This document shows, piece after piece, positions 19,214 through 28,692 of a DNA stretch of 64,000 nucleotides. Both the position numbers and the translations under genes were made by a program. The DNA lies in IMG/VR virus record IMGVR_UViG_3300042336_000327, positions 62,001-126,000 of that record. One strand, written 5' to 3'. Numbering within the stretch: the stretch's first letter is position 1; the number at the start of each line of letters is the position of its first letter. The notes under the pieces are model-generated. The model saw only the letters and a program-made list of their open reading frames with translations. It was not told the origin of the DNA and did no database searches. This stretch comes from an uncultured virus (IMG/VR IMGVR_UViG_3300042336_000327) (taxonomy: Duplodnaviria > Heunggongvirae > Uroviricota > Caudoviricetes).

Positions 19214-19328
19214 TTTCAAGAGGAAAATCTTACAAAAGATTAAAGACCTCACAAATCACGGCAGACACGTAGAAGCACAACAACTTTATTCAAAGTATTT
19301 CGAAGGAGACAACAATGGCAAGAGTTGA
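19188..19328 (+). CDS. Hypothetical 46-aa protein
   Basis: Translated by hand (MAGEESSINFKRKILQ...); bridges the two lysin genes. Confidence 0.4.
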   Translation: MAGEESSINFKRKILQKIKDLTNHGRHVEAQQLYSKYFEGDNNGKS

Positions 19329-19983
19329 TTTACACAATTTCTTTCAGTTTTATGATGAAAGAAATCCTAACCATGTCAAGGCAGTTCAGTGGTTAGAAGA
19401 TAACCTACCAGTCAAGTATCTAGAAGATAACGTAGATTGGGCGGAGATTTTTAGAGGAAAAAAGACTAGTGCTGCACCAGCCCCTGCCGCTGCTGCAGCT
19501 CCTGTAACAGGTGGTGATGATGTCCCACAAATGGGCATTAAGTTAATCAAAGAGTTTGAAGGATGTCACCTAAAGGCATATCCTGACCCTCTTACAGGGG
19601 GACTTCCAATCACAATCGGTTGGGGTTCCACCCGCAAGAAAGATGGTTCAGCATTCAAACTTGGTGATACCCTTACACAGGCAGAAGCAGATGCACTTCT
19701 GATTGAACAGTGCAAGAAGGAGTTTCTTCCCGCATTACGCAAAATCCCATATTGGAGTGAAATGTCAGATGGAAAAAGAGGCGCTCTGCTCAGCTTTGCT
19801 TATAATCTCGGTGCTGGTTTCTACGGTGGCGATAACTTTAATACTATTACTAAACGCCTGAAGAATAAAGAGTGGGACTTAGTGCCCGATGCTTTATTCC
19901 TCTATCGCAATCCTGGTTCAAATGTAGAAGCAGGACTAGCACGTAGAAGAAAAGCAGAAGGCGAGGCTTGGAAAAAAGGATAA
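19315..19983 (+). CDS. GH24 lysozyme / endolysin
   Basis: LIKEFEG...AYPD...TIGWG, ALLSFAYNLG, GLARRRKAE. Confidence 0.92.
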   Translation: MARVDLHNFFQFYDERNPNHVKAVQWLEDNLPVKYLEDNVDWAEIFRGKKTSAAPAPAAAAAPVTGGDDVPQMGIKLIKEFEGCHLKAYPDPLTGGLPITIGWGSTRKKDGSAFKLGDTLTQAEADALLIEQCKKEFLPALRKIPYWSEMSDGKRGALLSFAYNLGAGFYGGDNFNTITKRLKNKEWDLVPDALFLYRNPGSNVEAGLARRRKAEGEAWKKG

Positions 19984-20129
19984 CTAAATAGTTGCAATCA
20001 TTACTGATTCTTGATCTTAACTGGTCTGAATCTACATAGCCCGAGTCCTCTGGACTTGGTGAATACTTTACTTTTAAACAAAACTTCGGTTTGTTTCGTT
20101 TAGTACACACTGAGTCACAGAGGATTTTT

Positions 20130-22154
20130 ATGTCTTACGCCACAAAGGCGCTCGCTGCAGCGTCTGCTTTGTTGATGGGAAGTAGTGCAATCGCAGCACC
20201 ATTGGTCCTAGAAGGAAACTACGTCAAGATTGGAGTTAATGATGCTGGAACCGTTGGTTCTGGTGGAGCAACTTCTCCTGGTATTCAGTATGATTCAACT
20301 GGAACCGCAACGTTTAATCCAGCATACGATTACCTGACTCCTGGAAATCCTTTTGAAGGATTTACTGTTAAAGGTAAAGACGGTTCAACCGTTCTTTTCA
20401 ACTACTATAATAACAATAATAGTGTTGGAGGAGCGCAGATTACTGGAACACTTATAGATTATTCAGGTATTTCTTATCGCGGAGTTACTTTTGATAACCG
20501 TGCCGTATGGTCTGGTTCAGTAACTGAGTTTGATATTGAAAACGATTATCGCTTTAATGATAACCAACAGTTTGTTGATATCAATACTCGTTTAGAATTC
20601 AAGATGAACGTTCCAACATTATACTTTGGACGTTTTACGGATCCAGACGCAAGAGCCGCTGCTGGAGACAGTTCTAGAACGGACAATACTAGAGGATATG
20701 CTGGTGGTATTCCAGCAACCAACGTTGTTCTTTCTGAAGCACTTGTATCCAAATATGCTTTAGGATTATTTACTGGACAGATTGGTGGTGTAAATTCTGG
20801 AATTAGTGCTGGATGGTCTACAAATCCAGAAGACTATTATAATGGAACTGATGGTGGTCCAAGTGGAGACCATACAATTGGTCTTGGATTTATGTTCTCT
20901 GGTATTAATACTGGAGACATTGTAAATATCCAATATGCTTATATTTTTGGACCATCTGCATTCGCTGCTGGTTCTGGTGCAGTTGCTGGTGGTGCTGGAG
21001 GAGCGACTCCATCAACTTTTACTGTTACTGATGTGGGTTCTGCTTCTGCCCCTACAACTCCATCTACCCCAACAGTTGTAAGCACAAGCACTGTTAATAA
21101 TGTAAGTTCATCGACTGCACAATCCACAACTCTTCCTGTCGTAACTGTAAGTCTGGCAGAGCATGGTGCAACCGAAACTGGTGGTCGTCAAAGAATCAAT
21201 CGCCACACCACCACAAATGTAACCACACCTTATGTAACAACCACAGTTACAACTCCTGTAACAACTGATACTTATAGTGACGGTTCTACCGTTGTTACGA
21301 ACGGAACACCAGTTACTACTTATAATTTAACAAACTCTGTCGAAACTTCACACGCTTATGACGATTTCTATGGACGTATTGATCAATTAGAAGTTCTTGA
21401 TGGTATCAATGATAGTATCAACGGACTTTTAAATCATGAACCAACTGTAGGTAAGCAAAGACTCAGAGTATTTGAGAACAACAGATTTGTTCAGTCATAC
21501 AATGCTGATGGATACAATGCTGATTCCAAGATTTTTGGTGGTGGTTTTGAGTTTGATGCTACCAAAGGTTGGACTGTTGGTTTCCAGTATAATAGAGTTA
21601 ATATAAACCTCAATGGTGTTGATTCAATTACGCAACACAACAAAGATCACTTTGGTGTATTCAGCGAACTTAGAGGTAATACACTGACTCTGAATACAAA
21701 TGCTGCGATTGCAAACAGCAAATACAATTACAACAGAACCGTAGAGGGCGTCTTCAATAATGAAGGTGCAACGACTGGTTCTGAGTGGTGGGTTTCGAAT
21801 CGTTTATACTGGCATCTTCATAAAGCAATTAAACCATTTATTGGTTATACTGTGTGGAATAACAAGAGAAACGCTTATGTGGAAACTGGTTCGATTCAGT
21901 CTGCTAGAAGTGTTGAAGAATTCAATCAAACATCTCACGTTGGTGAAGCAGGTCTCAAACTTGAAACTCGTTTTGGTGGTAAGAAGAAAGACTTGTTTGG
22001 TGTCAGTGTAGAAGGTGCTTATGGTACTGATAACTCATATGGAGTTACTGCAGAAGTAGATTATAAGGAGATGTTGATTGTTGAAGCATCTCACGGTGTG
22101 AATAATGGAGTCACCAACAATTCTATTGCTGGAAAAGTTAAATTTAAGTTCTAA
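20130..22154 (+). CDS. Secreted protein with Thr-rich stalk and autotransporter-like C-terminal beta-barrel
   Basis: Signal peptide (..SAIA), T/P-rich linker, amphipathic strands, terminal KVKFKF. Confidence 0.65.
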   Translation: MSYATKALAAASALLMGSSAIAAPLVLEGNYVKIGVNDAGTVGSGGATSPGIQYDSTGTATFNPAYDYLTPGNPFEGFTVKGKDGSTVLFNYYNNNNSVGGAQITGTLIDYSGISYRGVTFDNRAVWSGSVTEFDIENDYRFNDNQQFVDINTRLEFKMNVPTLYFGRFTDPDARAAAGDSSRTDNTRGYAGGIPATNVVLSEALVSKYALGLFTGQIGGVNSGISAGWSTNPEDYYNGTDGGPSGDHTIGLGFMFSGINTGDIVNIQYAYIFGPSAFAAGSGAVAGGAGGATPSTFTVTDVGSASAPTTPSTPTVVSTSTVNNVSSSTAQSTTLPVVTVSLAEHGATETGGRQRINRHTTTNVTTPYVTTTVTTPVTTDTYSDGSTVVTNGTPVTTYNLTNSVETSHAYDDFYGRIDQLEVLDGINDSINGLLNHEPTVGKQRLRVFENNRFVQSYNADGYNADSKIFGGGFEFDATKGWTVGFQYNRVNINLNGVDSITQHNKDHFGVFSELRGNTLTLNTNAAIANSKYNYNRTVEGVFNNEGATTGSEWWVSNRLYWHLHKAIKPFIGYTVWNNKRNAYVETGSIQSARSVEEFNQTSHVGEAGLKLETRFGGKKKDLFGVSVEGAYGTDNSYGVTAEVDYKEMLIVEASHGVNNGVTNNSIAGKVKFKF

Positions 22155-22189
22155 AAACCTAAATAAAACAGACTTCATCACACGGACTG

Positions 22190-22531
22190 ATGGGAAACAC
22201 AAAGGAAAAAGCTATGGGACAAGTGATTCGTATTGCTATTTTGAGTTGGTCTGCCGCTCTTCTGACTGCTAGCTATGCTGGTATGCTATCCAAAATGGAT
22301 CCTACCTTTATTGCGACGGTCTTCACCGCTTCTGCTGCCACTTTTGGTATTAATACAATGAAGAAAGGTGGTGAGGATGATGAGAAGAAAGAAGAGCCAC
22401 GCAGAGAAGCAGTTGTAGAAGCTCCTCCAGAACCACCTGCTCCAGTAGCAGAAGCACCTGTTACAAATCTTGAAGCAAGAGTTGAAGCACTGGAAGAGGG
22501 TCAAGTTCAACCCCGCACAGGTGGAGCATAA
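22190..22531 (+). CDS. Two-TM membrane protein with charged tail (holin-like candidate)
   Basis: Two hydrophobic segments; CTAAATA late promoter at ~22159. Confidence 0.6.
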   Translation: MGNTKEKAMGQVIRIAILSWSAALLTASYAGMLSKMDPTFIATVFTASAATFGINTMKKGGEDDEKKEEPRREAVVEAPPEPPAPVAEAPVTNLEARVEALEEGQVQPRTGGA

Positions 22532-22644
22532 TGGCAAAGTCCGCAAACAAAGGCAAGAAAGGTTCTGCTGGAGGTAAAAACTCTAAGCAGAACCAAGGAA
22601 ATGCGACGGCAAACAAAGCAAAAAACGGTGGTAAAAAAAAGTGA
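22531..22644 (+). CDS. Very basic 37-aa peptide (MAKSANKGKKGSAGGK...)
   Basis: TAATG coupling; K/G/N rich. Confidence 0.55.
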   Translation: MAKSANKGKKGSAGGKNSKQNQGNATANKAKNGGKKK

Positions 22645-22650
22645 GGTATT

Positions 22651-22845
22651 ATGCCACGAGAGTGGAACACTCCGATTCGGGAGCCTTGGAATCCTATAAT
22701 TAAAAAGTGTCTAGACGCAGTTGATAATCATATGAGACTGTATCTAGATACACAAGAAGAGTGGCACCTATCACAAGCAGAAACCTTAAGAAAATATGTA
22801 AAAGATTTGAAAGTTTGGATACATCATCAAGAGGGACGAGAATGA
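22651..22845 (+). CDS. Hypothetical protein
   Basis: GAGG SD; coupled to the next gene. Confidence 0.6.
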   Translation: MPREWNTPIREPWNPIIKKCLDAVDNHMRLYLDTQEEWHLSQAETLRKYVKDLKVWIHHQEGRE

Positions 22846-23588
22846 AAAAACTCCTCACGGCAATCGGTCTATCATTAAGTTTAGTTCTTCCCGCAAGTGC
22901 TGAAAAAATAGTAAAGAAACAACCCACCGTTCCAGCATATAGTCTGGCAGCGATGGGTTGTATGATTCTATTAGAATGTACTGAAGGTGTTGAGAAACTT
23001 ACATCAGAATCAGAATTACTCAAAGCAAAAGAACTTGACCCATTCAGAGAAGAAGTCAAGCGTATTTTAGTAGGACTAGAGAAAGTCAATGTTGGTGTTT
23101 ATATTGCTCCACCCAGATATTTCACACCAAGAACAGTAGGGTTATATAAACCAAAGTATAATCGTCTTTTTATAAATGAAGAGTTACTCAAAGACCCAAG
23201 AGAGTTTCTAGGAACACTACGTCACGAAGGATGGCACGTTGTTCAGGACTGTATGGGTGGTGGAATAGAAACAGCATTTATGGCTCAGGTTCATCAAGAT
23301 GCTGAAATACCATCTTGGGTAATGAAGACCACAAGGCTTTCTTATGAGTCTATGGGTCAAAGTCGTGCTGTGCCTTGGGAGGCAGATGCGAACTGGGCAG
23401 AAGAACAGTTAGGTCAAACGGCAAAGCACCTAGAAATGTGTGCGAAAGGACCACTCTGGGAGCAGGTAAGACCCACTCCGATGACGATGGAATGGTTGAT
23501 TGGATGTGGTTGGATGAAACCCCAAGAAGGTCATAAGGAATATACACCAAATAAAAAAGCAGATTATTGTGTAGAAGGTAAGTTCTAA
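22842..23588 (+). CDS. Secreted zinc metalloprotease-like protein
   Basis: Signal peptide MKKLL...ASA; HEGWH (HExxH) plus downstream WEADA glutamate. Confidence 0.7.
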   Translation: MKKLLTAIGLSLSLVLPASAEKIVKKQPTVPAYSLAAMGCMILLECTEGVEKLTSESELLKAKELDPFREEVKRILVGLEKVNVGVYIAPPRYFTPRTVGLYKPKYNRLFINEELLKDPREFLGTLRHEGWHVVQDCMGGGIETAFMAQVHQDAEIPSWVMKTTRLSYESMGQSRAVPWEADANWAEEQLGQTAKHLEMCAKGPLWEQVRPTPMTMEWLIGCGWMKPQEGHKEYTPNKKADYCVEGKF

Positions 23589-23740
23589 TGCCGCAAGAAT
23601 TTCCTTGGGGAGTAATGGCGATTCTTGGTCCAGGACTTATCTTTGTTTCGTATATCATTTACTATATACTACGGTTAGCAAACGAGGAGATGAAAGATGA
23701 ACACAACATTACCAAAGGAAGTCATTCTAAAGGCAGTTAA
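23588..23740 (+). CDS. Small single-TM protein
   Basis: Translated by hand (MPQEFPWGVMAILGPGLIF...). Confidence 0.5.
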   Translation: MPQEFPWGVMAILGPGLIFVSYIIYYILRLANEEMKDEHNITKGSHSKGS

Positions 23741-24293
23741 AAACTGTGTTGATGTTTATGCTGATAAGAATGATTTCATTGTAGATAAGAGTATTCCTGG
23801 ATATTGTATTCTCGCAATTGAGGGAACCAACGAAACATCAGACTGGGCAACTAATCTAAAATTCTTATTCCGTAGTGAGGATACTCACAGGGGATTTAAA
23901 GATAATGCTACCAGAACAATTACTGAGTTAGTATTAAACTTTGAGTCACTAGAGAAGGGTAGAAAACTGATTCTTGCGGGACACTCTCTTGGTGGTGCGA
24001 CTGCGACTGTTGTTGCTGACCTTATGCTTAAGTCCGCACCAGACCTAGCAATCATCACAATTGGTTCTCCCCGTCCAGGTGGTAGAGGTTTGAAAGAAAG
24101 ACTGAAGAATGTAGAGCACCTTCGTTTTGTTCACGGCGATGATGTTGTTCCCAAAACTCCACCTTTCTTGACTGGATATGTTCATACTCATCCAGAGATT
24201 CATTTAGAAGATGCTGATGATAAGAGATTTGATGGTGTAGAAGACCATAATGCTGTTTACTATTATAACGCAATTGAGAAGTTACTAAAATGA
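23697..24293 (+). CDS. Class 3 lipase (alpha/beta hydrolase)
   Basis: HRGF, GHSLGG, GSPRPG, DVVP, DH. Confidence 0.9.
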   Translation: MNTTLPKEVILKAVKNCVDVYADKNDFIVDKSIPGYCILAIEGTNETSDWATNLKFLFRSEDTHRGFKDNATRTITELVLNFESLEKGRKLILAGHSLGGATATVVADLMLKSAPDLAIITIGSPRPGGRGLKERLKNVEHLRFVHGDDVVPKTPPFLTGYVHTHPEIHLEDADDKRFDGVEDHNAVYYYNAIEKLLK

Positions 24294-24502
24294 AGAACCT
24301 AGCACTTATTTTATCAGCGGCAAGTCTGGCGGTGAGTGGAGCACTATGCTATGGTGCTTATGTGACTTATCAGAAAGCACAGAAGATTCTGGACAACCCA
24401 GAAGAGTTCGTCGGTGCTGTTGTAGAGAAGCAAGTCAGCAAAGCATTTGAGAAACTTCCTATCCCCAAACTAAATACTGAGAAGTTCAAGTTACCTTTCT
24501 GA
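24290..24502 (+). CDS. Small membrane-anchored protein
   Basis: N-terminal hydrophobic helix. Confidence 0.6.
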   Translation: MKNLALILSAASLAVSGALCYGAYVTYQKAQKILDNPEEFVGAVVEKQVSKAFEKLPIPKLNTEKFKLPF

Positions 24503-24915
24503 TGGAAAATAAAGATCCATATATTTACAGAATTCGTGAGATTCATAAAGTAGTCGATGGGGATACGATTGATGCGGATATTGATTTAGGGTTTGATATA
24601 TCTCTCACTAAACGTATTCGTCTTGCTGGGGTTGATACTCCCGAAAGTAGAACAACGGATCTCAAAGAGAAGGCAATGGGTCTTGAATCAAAAGAATGGT
24701 TGAAAAAAAAACTTGAAGGTGCTAAAGATATTATTATCAAGACCGAACTTCCAGACAGTACAGAGAAGTATGGAAGAATCATCGGGCATTTGTTTATTAA
24801 TGGACAAGAGACCTCATTGAATAATCAAATGATTGACGAAGGTTATGCTCTTGCTTATGATGGGGGAACAAAAGATAAAAACTTTAGTGTATTGTTAGAG
24901 AAGCGTAAGAAGTAA
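24502..24915 (+). CDS. Thermonuclease (SNase-like) family protein
   Basis: VVDGDT, RIRLAGVDTPE, KYGR, GYA. Confidence 0.9.
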   Translation: MENKDPYIYRIREIHKVVDGDTIDADIDLGFDISLTKRIRLAGVDTPESRTTDLKEKAMGLESKEWLKKKLEGAKDIIIKTELPDSTEKYGRIIGHLFINGQETSLNNQMIDEGYALAYDGGTKDKNFSVLLEKRKK

Positions 24916-25590
24916 TCACTTTGAGTGAAACTTTTTGTATTGTTCTTTCTTTTGATTCTTCTGTTCTTTCTTCAGTAACTTATTTACTTTTTTAAGAGAC
25001 TGACTTTTTTCAAACGCAAAATAAACTTGAAGTTCATAGGGGGTAAGGTCTCTGCTTAAGAGTTTCTTACCCCTTACAAATATCTGTTGAACAATAGGTT
25101 TCATCTTACCTACCATCCATTCCACCAAAGATTTCCCAACAAGAGCCGCAGCAACAGAAGCAGTAGCAGTGGTGCCAGCAAGAATAACCTGCTCTTTAGG
25201 TGGGATAGGGACTTCTCCGACGATTGGTACTTCAATGACGGGCACTCCTAAGTTACTAGTTTTGGGTGCATCATCGGAAATAATCCGATTATCCTGGGGG
25301 GTTTGAACAGATGGAGGCAGTTGAGGGGTAGGGGTAGCATCAGGAAGTCCTCTGGTCTTTTCTTCTTTCTCTTCCTGCTGTTTCTTTTGCTCTGCCCTTA
25401 CTGCAGCATCAAACTCTTCTTGAGTCGGCACATCAATTATTGGATATTTGATAGTTGTATCAGGCATATTAATGATGGGCATATTAATTTCGGGTATAAT
25501 AGTTCTACCCGTTCTGCGAGTCACAGGAGGTTCTATAGTTGGAATAATCGGTGGAGGATTACTTCTTATTTGGATTGGTCTGATTTCCAT
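24916..25590 (-). CDS. Hypothetical Pro-rich protein with a hydrophobic segment
   Basis: 224-aa ORF, last gene of a minus-strand operon. Confidence 0.65.
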   Translation of the reverse strand: MEIRPIQIRSNPPPIIPTIEPPVTRRTGRTIIPEINMPIINMPDTTIKYPIIDVPTQEEFDAAVRAEQKKQQEEKEEKTRGLPDATPTPQLPPSVQTPQDNRIISDDAPKTSNLGVPVIEVPIVGEVPIPPKEQVILAGTTATASVAAALVGKSLVEWMVGKMKPIVQQIFVRGKKLLSRDLTPYELQVYFAFEKSQSLKKVNKLLKKEQKNQKKEQYKKFHSK

Positions 25591-26146
25591 TTGCTACATC
25601 CTGTACTCGTGGATACTTCACAACGACATCAGCACAAATTTTCGCATAAGGACTTTCTGGGTGAAATGAAATTCCATTCTTCATTGCTTCACCACACTTT
25701 AATAATCTGACTAACTCAAAGTCCAAACGTGCTTTATCTGCTTCTGCTTGTTGTCTTGTAATCTCTGTACGAACCCTTGCTTTACAGAGTTCTTGAAATG
25801 AACCATCAAGAGGGATGGAAAATCCTGCTGATAAACCAGTGTTCAGAGAGTTTTGTTGATAAGTTGTTGGGTCGGTGCTACCAGATAGACTATTGTATCC
25901 AAAGGTCTGTAAGTTCAGTGTAGGTCCCTGGCAAGAAACACCAGAACCATAAGTATTCACAGAAAAAGGACCCTGAAGCACCTGTACTGCCTGGTTGGTT
26001 ACATTACCAGTCGCAGATGCTGAGGGTCCTGCAATATTCGTATTAGATGGTGCTTCTGCAAATGCAGGTGCCGCTAAACCGATTATTGTGTAAAGACAGA
26101 TATAGAATTTGTTACCGATTCTTCGGTAGTTTTGCGATCTATCCAT
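25559..26146 (-). CDS. Hypothetical secreted protein (start uncertain)
   Basis: Signal-like IIGLAAPAFA, conserved-looking Cys residues. Confidence 0.6.
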   Translation of the reverse strand: MDRSQNYRRIGNKFYICLYTIIGLAAPAFAEAPSNTNIAGPSASATGNVTNQAVQVLQGPFSVNTYGSGVSCQGPTLNLQTFGYNSLSGSTDPTTYQQNSLNTGLSAGFSIPLDGSFQELCKARVRTEITRQQAEADKARLDFELVRLLKCGEAMKNGISFHPESPYAKICADVVVKYPRVQDVANGNQTNPNKK

Positions 26147-26445
26147 GTTTCTTTCGCAATTCCAGGAGTCAAGTGTGTTTCACTAAACTGGAACGGAGCA
26201 CCTTGATTGATGATGGTGTAGTTCGCTCCTGGAGCAGGTGTTCCAGGGATGTTGATATTAGTACCAGTGACTGTATAAGATGTCCCAGTGGTATATTCTA
26301 TTTGTTTGATAACTTCAATCACTTCAGTACGAGTTTTAGTCTCAGAAGTAATTGTGCCACTCGTAAAGTTAGGAGTGAGGGGCGCAGCATAGCAGGGAGA
26401 TATAAGTCCCGCTGCTGCCAGCAAAACGGGAGTTATGTGTCTCAC
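26083..26445 (-). CDS. Hypothetical secreted Thr-rich protein
   Basis: Signal peptide; PNFTSG...SVFTQ. Confidence 0.65.
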   Translation of the reverse strand: MRHITPVLLAAAGLISPCYAAPLTPNFTSGTITSETKTRTEVIEVIKQIEYTTGTSYTVTGTNINIPGTPAPGANYTIINQGAPFQFSETHLTPGIAKETWIDRKTTEESVTNSISVFTQ

Positions 26446-26903
26446 TTGAATACGCTTAACTCAATGGTTCTTTGTGCTGTTGCGCTGCTTCCAGGACCAC
26501 CAGCAGTGACTGTAGGAACACCAGTTCCACTCAGAGTACCTGCCAGAGAACCTTTATCTCCACCTAACTGAGTAGTAGAGTTGCTATAAAGGTTGGGAGA
26601 AGCAATTGTTCCAGAAGCTGCCGACTGACTGGTAACATCAGTATCTGCAGTAATTGATGTTTCAGAGAAACTAAATGCTTGTCCGTTTGTGTTGATCGCA
26701 TAGGAACCTGCGCCGCCAACTCCTCCAAGAGTTGTTACATTAATGTTTGTGCCAGAGACAGCGTAGGAAGCTCCTACTCTTTCTGATTGAACCGCCGCAC
26801 CCTGAACGCTTAATTGAATTGAGTCAGTGATTTTTGATGTGATTTCGCCAGCAAAAGCAGGAGTAGTAAGGAATAACGAAAAGATAAGTGCTAATCTTTT
26901 CAT
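26442..26903 (-). CDS. Hypothetical secreted G/S/T-rich protein
   Basis: Signal peptide MKRL...PAFA; CTAAATA on the minus strand at ~26929-26935. Confidence 0.7.
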   Translation of the reverse strand: MKRLALIFSLFLTTPAFAGEITSKITDSIQLSVQGAAVQSERVGASYAVSGTNINVTTLGGVGGAGSYAINTNGQAFSFSETSITADTDVTSQSAASGTIASPNLYSNSTTQLGGDKGSLAGTLSGTGVPTVTAGGPGSSATAQRTIELSVFK

Positions 26904-27039
26904 TGTTCTAGTGGTGATGAACTATTTGTATTTAGTAAGACACTTCTTTAATTGGCACCTTGACAAAACCTAAATATTAACTTATTATGTACAAACCCGC
27001 TACAAAATGGCGGGTTTCTTATTATTAGTCCTTGACGTG

Positions 27040-27116
27040 ACAATTAGAGCCGTGGGGTCTGCCCTCTGAGAAGAGGGAAGTGCGCTTTCCCTATACGGAT
27101 GTAGAGTTCAATCAAA
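27040..27116 (+). ncRNA. Candidate structured leader RNA upstream of a cell-wall hydrolase gene
   Basis: GC-rich island: CCCTCT-GAGA-AGAGGG hairpin nested in CCGT...ACGG; sigma70 promoter at 26960. Confidence 0.4.
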
Positions 27117-27120
27117 TTTA

Positions 27121-27741
27121 ATGCAAAATATCTTTACAGTAGCCCTGCCTCTCCTGGCAACGGTTACAACATCGACGGCAACACTGCCATTCGTAAACTA
27201 CAAAATGGACGGTCCTCCGCCCCCTGTAGTTGAAGAGACAGCGACCAGAGAGGTTGCTCAACCTGAAAAGCCAAAAGAGAAAAGGCTAATTTGTAAAGGG
27301 TGTAATGAAAATGAGAATGCTACCCTGGCATATTTCCAGGATCGTGGTATTAAAGACAGAAACGCCCTTGCTACCATCATGGGCAATATTAGACAAGAAT
27401 CAACATTCGTGCCTAATATTTGCGAAGGAGGTAGCAGAACCAGTTGGGGTAACTGCGGACGCGGTTACGGACTGATTCAATGGACATCTGCCAACCGTTA
27501 TTATGGATTGGGTGATTTTGCTAAGAAGTTTGGTGGTTCGCCATCAAATCTTCACACGCAACTTCGTTATCTAACAAATGAAGTCCAGTGGAAAGAGATT
27601 GAGGAGCGTATGAAGACTCCTGGTAAATCAATTAACCGCTACATGGACTATGCGTATAGTTGGATTGGTTGGGGGCATCATGGTGCTCGCACTTCGTATG
27701 CTCATGATTATGCCAACCGACTGATCACGGTAGAAGTTTAA
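27121..27741 (+). CDS. Phage tail-lysozyme-like (lysozyme 2 family) cell-wall hydrolase with N-terminal signal
   Basis: IMGNIRQES...GYGLIQWT...QLRYL. Confidence 0.75.
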   Translation: MQNIFTVALPLLATVTTSTATLPFVNYKMDGPPPPVVEETATREVAQPEKPKEKRLICKGCNENENATLAYFQDRGIKDRNALATIMGNIRQESTFVPNICEGGSRTSWGNCGRGYGLIQWTSANRYYGLGDFAKKFGGSPSNLHTQLRYLTNEVQWKEIEERMKTPGKSINRYMDYAYSWIGWGHHGARTSYAHDYANRLITVEV

Positions 27742-27776
27742 TATATAAGGGGAGTGCTGCAGAACTCCCCTTTCTT

Positions 27777-28199
27777 ATGTTTAACTTTAACTTCGGTAAG
27801 AAGAAAACTGATAAGAAACAACTGCTCATAGTTGGTGTCGTATTATCAAGTCTTATTGCAGCACTTTCACAATGTACAAAAATTCCCGATCACGCACTTT
27901 GGGACTTATTGGATGAAGTTCAACGTAAATATTTCCCGAACGGGATTTTGAATGAACTTATTTTGCAAGATCCTCACGCGGTAGAACGCAGAGTCAAGCG
28001 TGATATAGATCGAGCAATTGATGAAGTCACACCTGAGTATGATCGCATTATTTCTGAATCAAATAAAAGATATCAACCTCAGTATATTGAAGAAAAAAAT
28101 GACGATTCAGTGTGCTATACTGATGAATGTAAAAAACTTGCTCCTCCCATGAGGATTTGCTCTCCTTGGATTGAAAATTGTTCAAATGAAAGTATTTAA
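27777..28199 (+). CDS. Hypothetical membrane-anchored protein
   Basis: N-terminal TM, C-terminal Cys cluster. Confidence 0.6.
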   Translation: MFNFNFGKKKTDKKQLLIVGVVLSSLIAALSQCTKIPDHALWDLLDEVQRKYFPNGILNELILQDPHAVERRVKRDIDRAIDEVTPEYDRIISESNKRYQPQYIEEKNDDSVCYTDECKKLAPPMRICSPWIENCSNESI

Positions 28200-28692
28200 A
28201 GATAGTATTAGTTTAGATTTGTGGAAAAAATGTCTTGATGATGTTAATTCCAATCTCTCCGATAGTTGGAAAGTTAGTACCTTTGCTTGGCCAAGGTATG
28301 CAACACTGGGTATTTCTGGAAACTGTCTATTCAGAAAAGTAAATCCAGAATTGAGATTAGAAATACTCGAAGAAATTAAAGATATTTTACCCTATTGTAA
28401 TAAAATATCCATGAATTATCATGTAACGCTACCTAACGGTGGTATCGCACTTCATGATGATTCTAATCATAAATTTGGTGCAACTATATACTTAAACAAA
28501 GAATGGCATATTAATCATGGTGGATTATTTGTGTGGCAAGAAGAGCAAGAGGATGGTAGTTCTATCATGAAAGCCCTAGTTCCAGAATGTAGGTCTTTAG
28601 TTTTGAATGATATTCATGAAGGTCATGTCGTAACATTAGTCTCAAATTATTTACCAGAACCAAGAATTTCGATTCAAATTTTTGGATCTTGA
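28186..28692 (+). CDS. 2OG-Fe(II) oxygenase (prolyl hydroxylase-like)
   Basis: HDD, YLNKEW...GG, HVV, RISIQ. Confidence 0.8.
   Translation: MKVFKDSISLDLWKKCLDDVNSNLSDSWKVSTFAWPRYATLGISGNCLFRKVNPELRLEILEEIKDILPYCNKISMNYHVTLPNGGIALHDDSNHKFGATIYLNKEWHINHGGLFVWQEEQEDGSSIMKALVPECRSLVLNDIHEGHVVTLVSNYLPEPRISIQIFGS

Noticed and set aside
27052..27080. TPP riboswitch (GGGG...CTGAGA)
   Set aside because: The 3' half (ACCTGA...GCGTAGGGA) is missing and CTGAGA lies within a simple hairpin.
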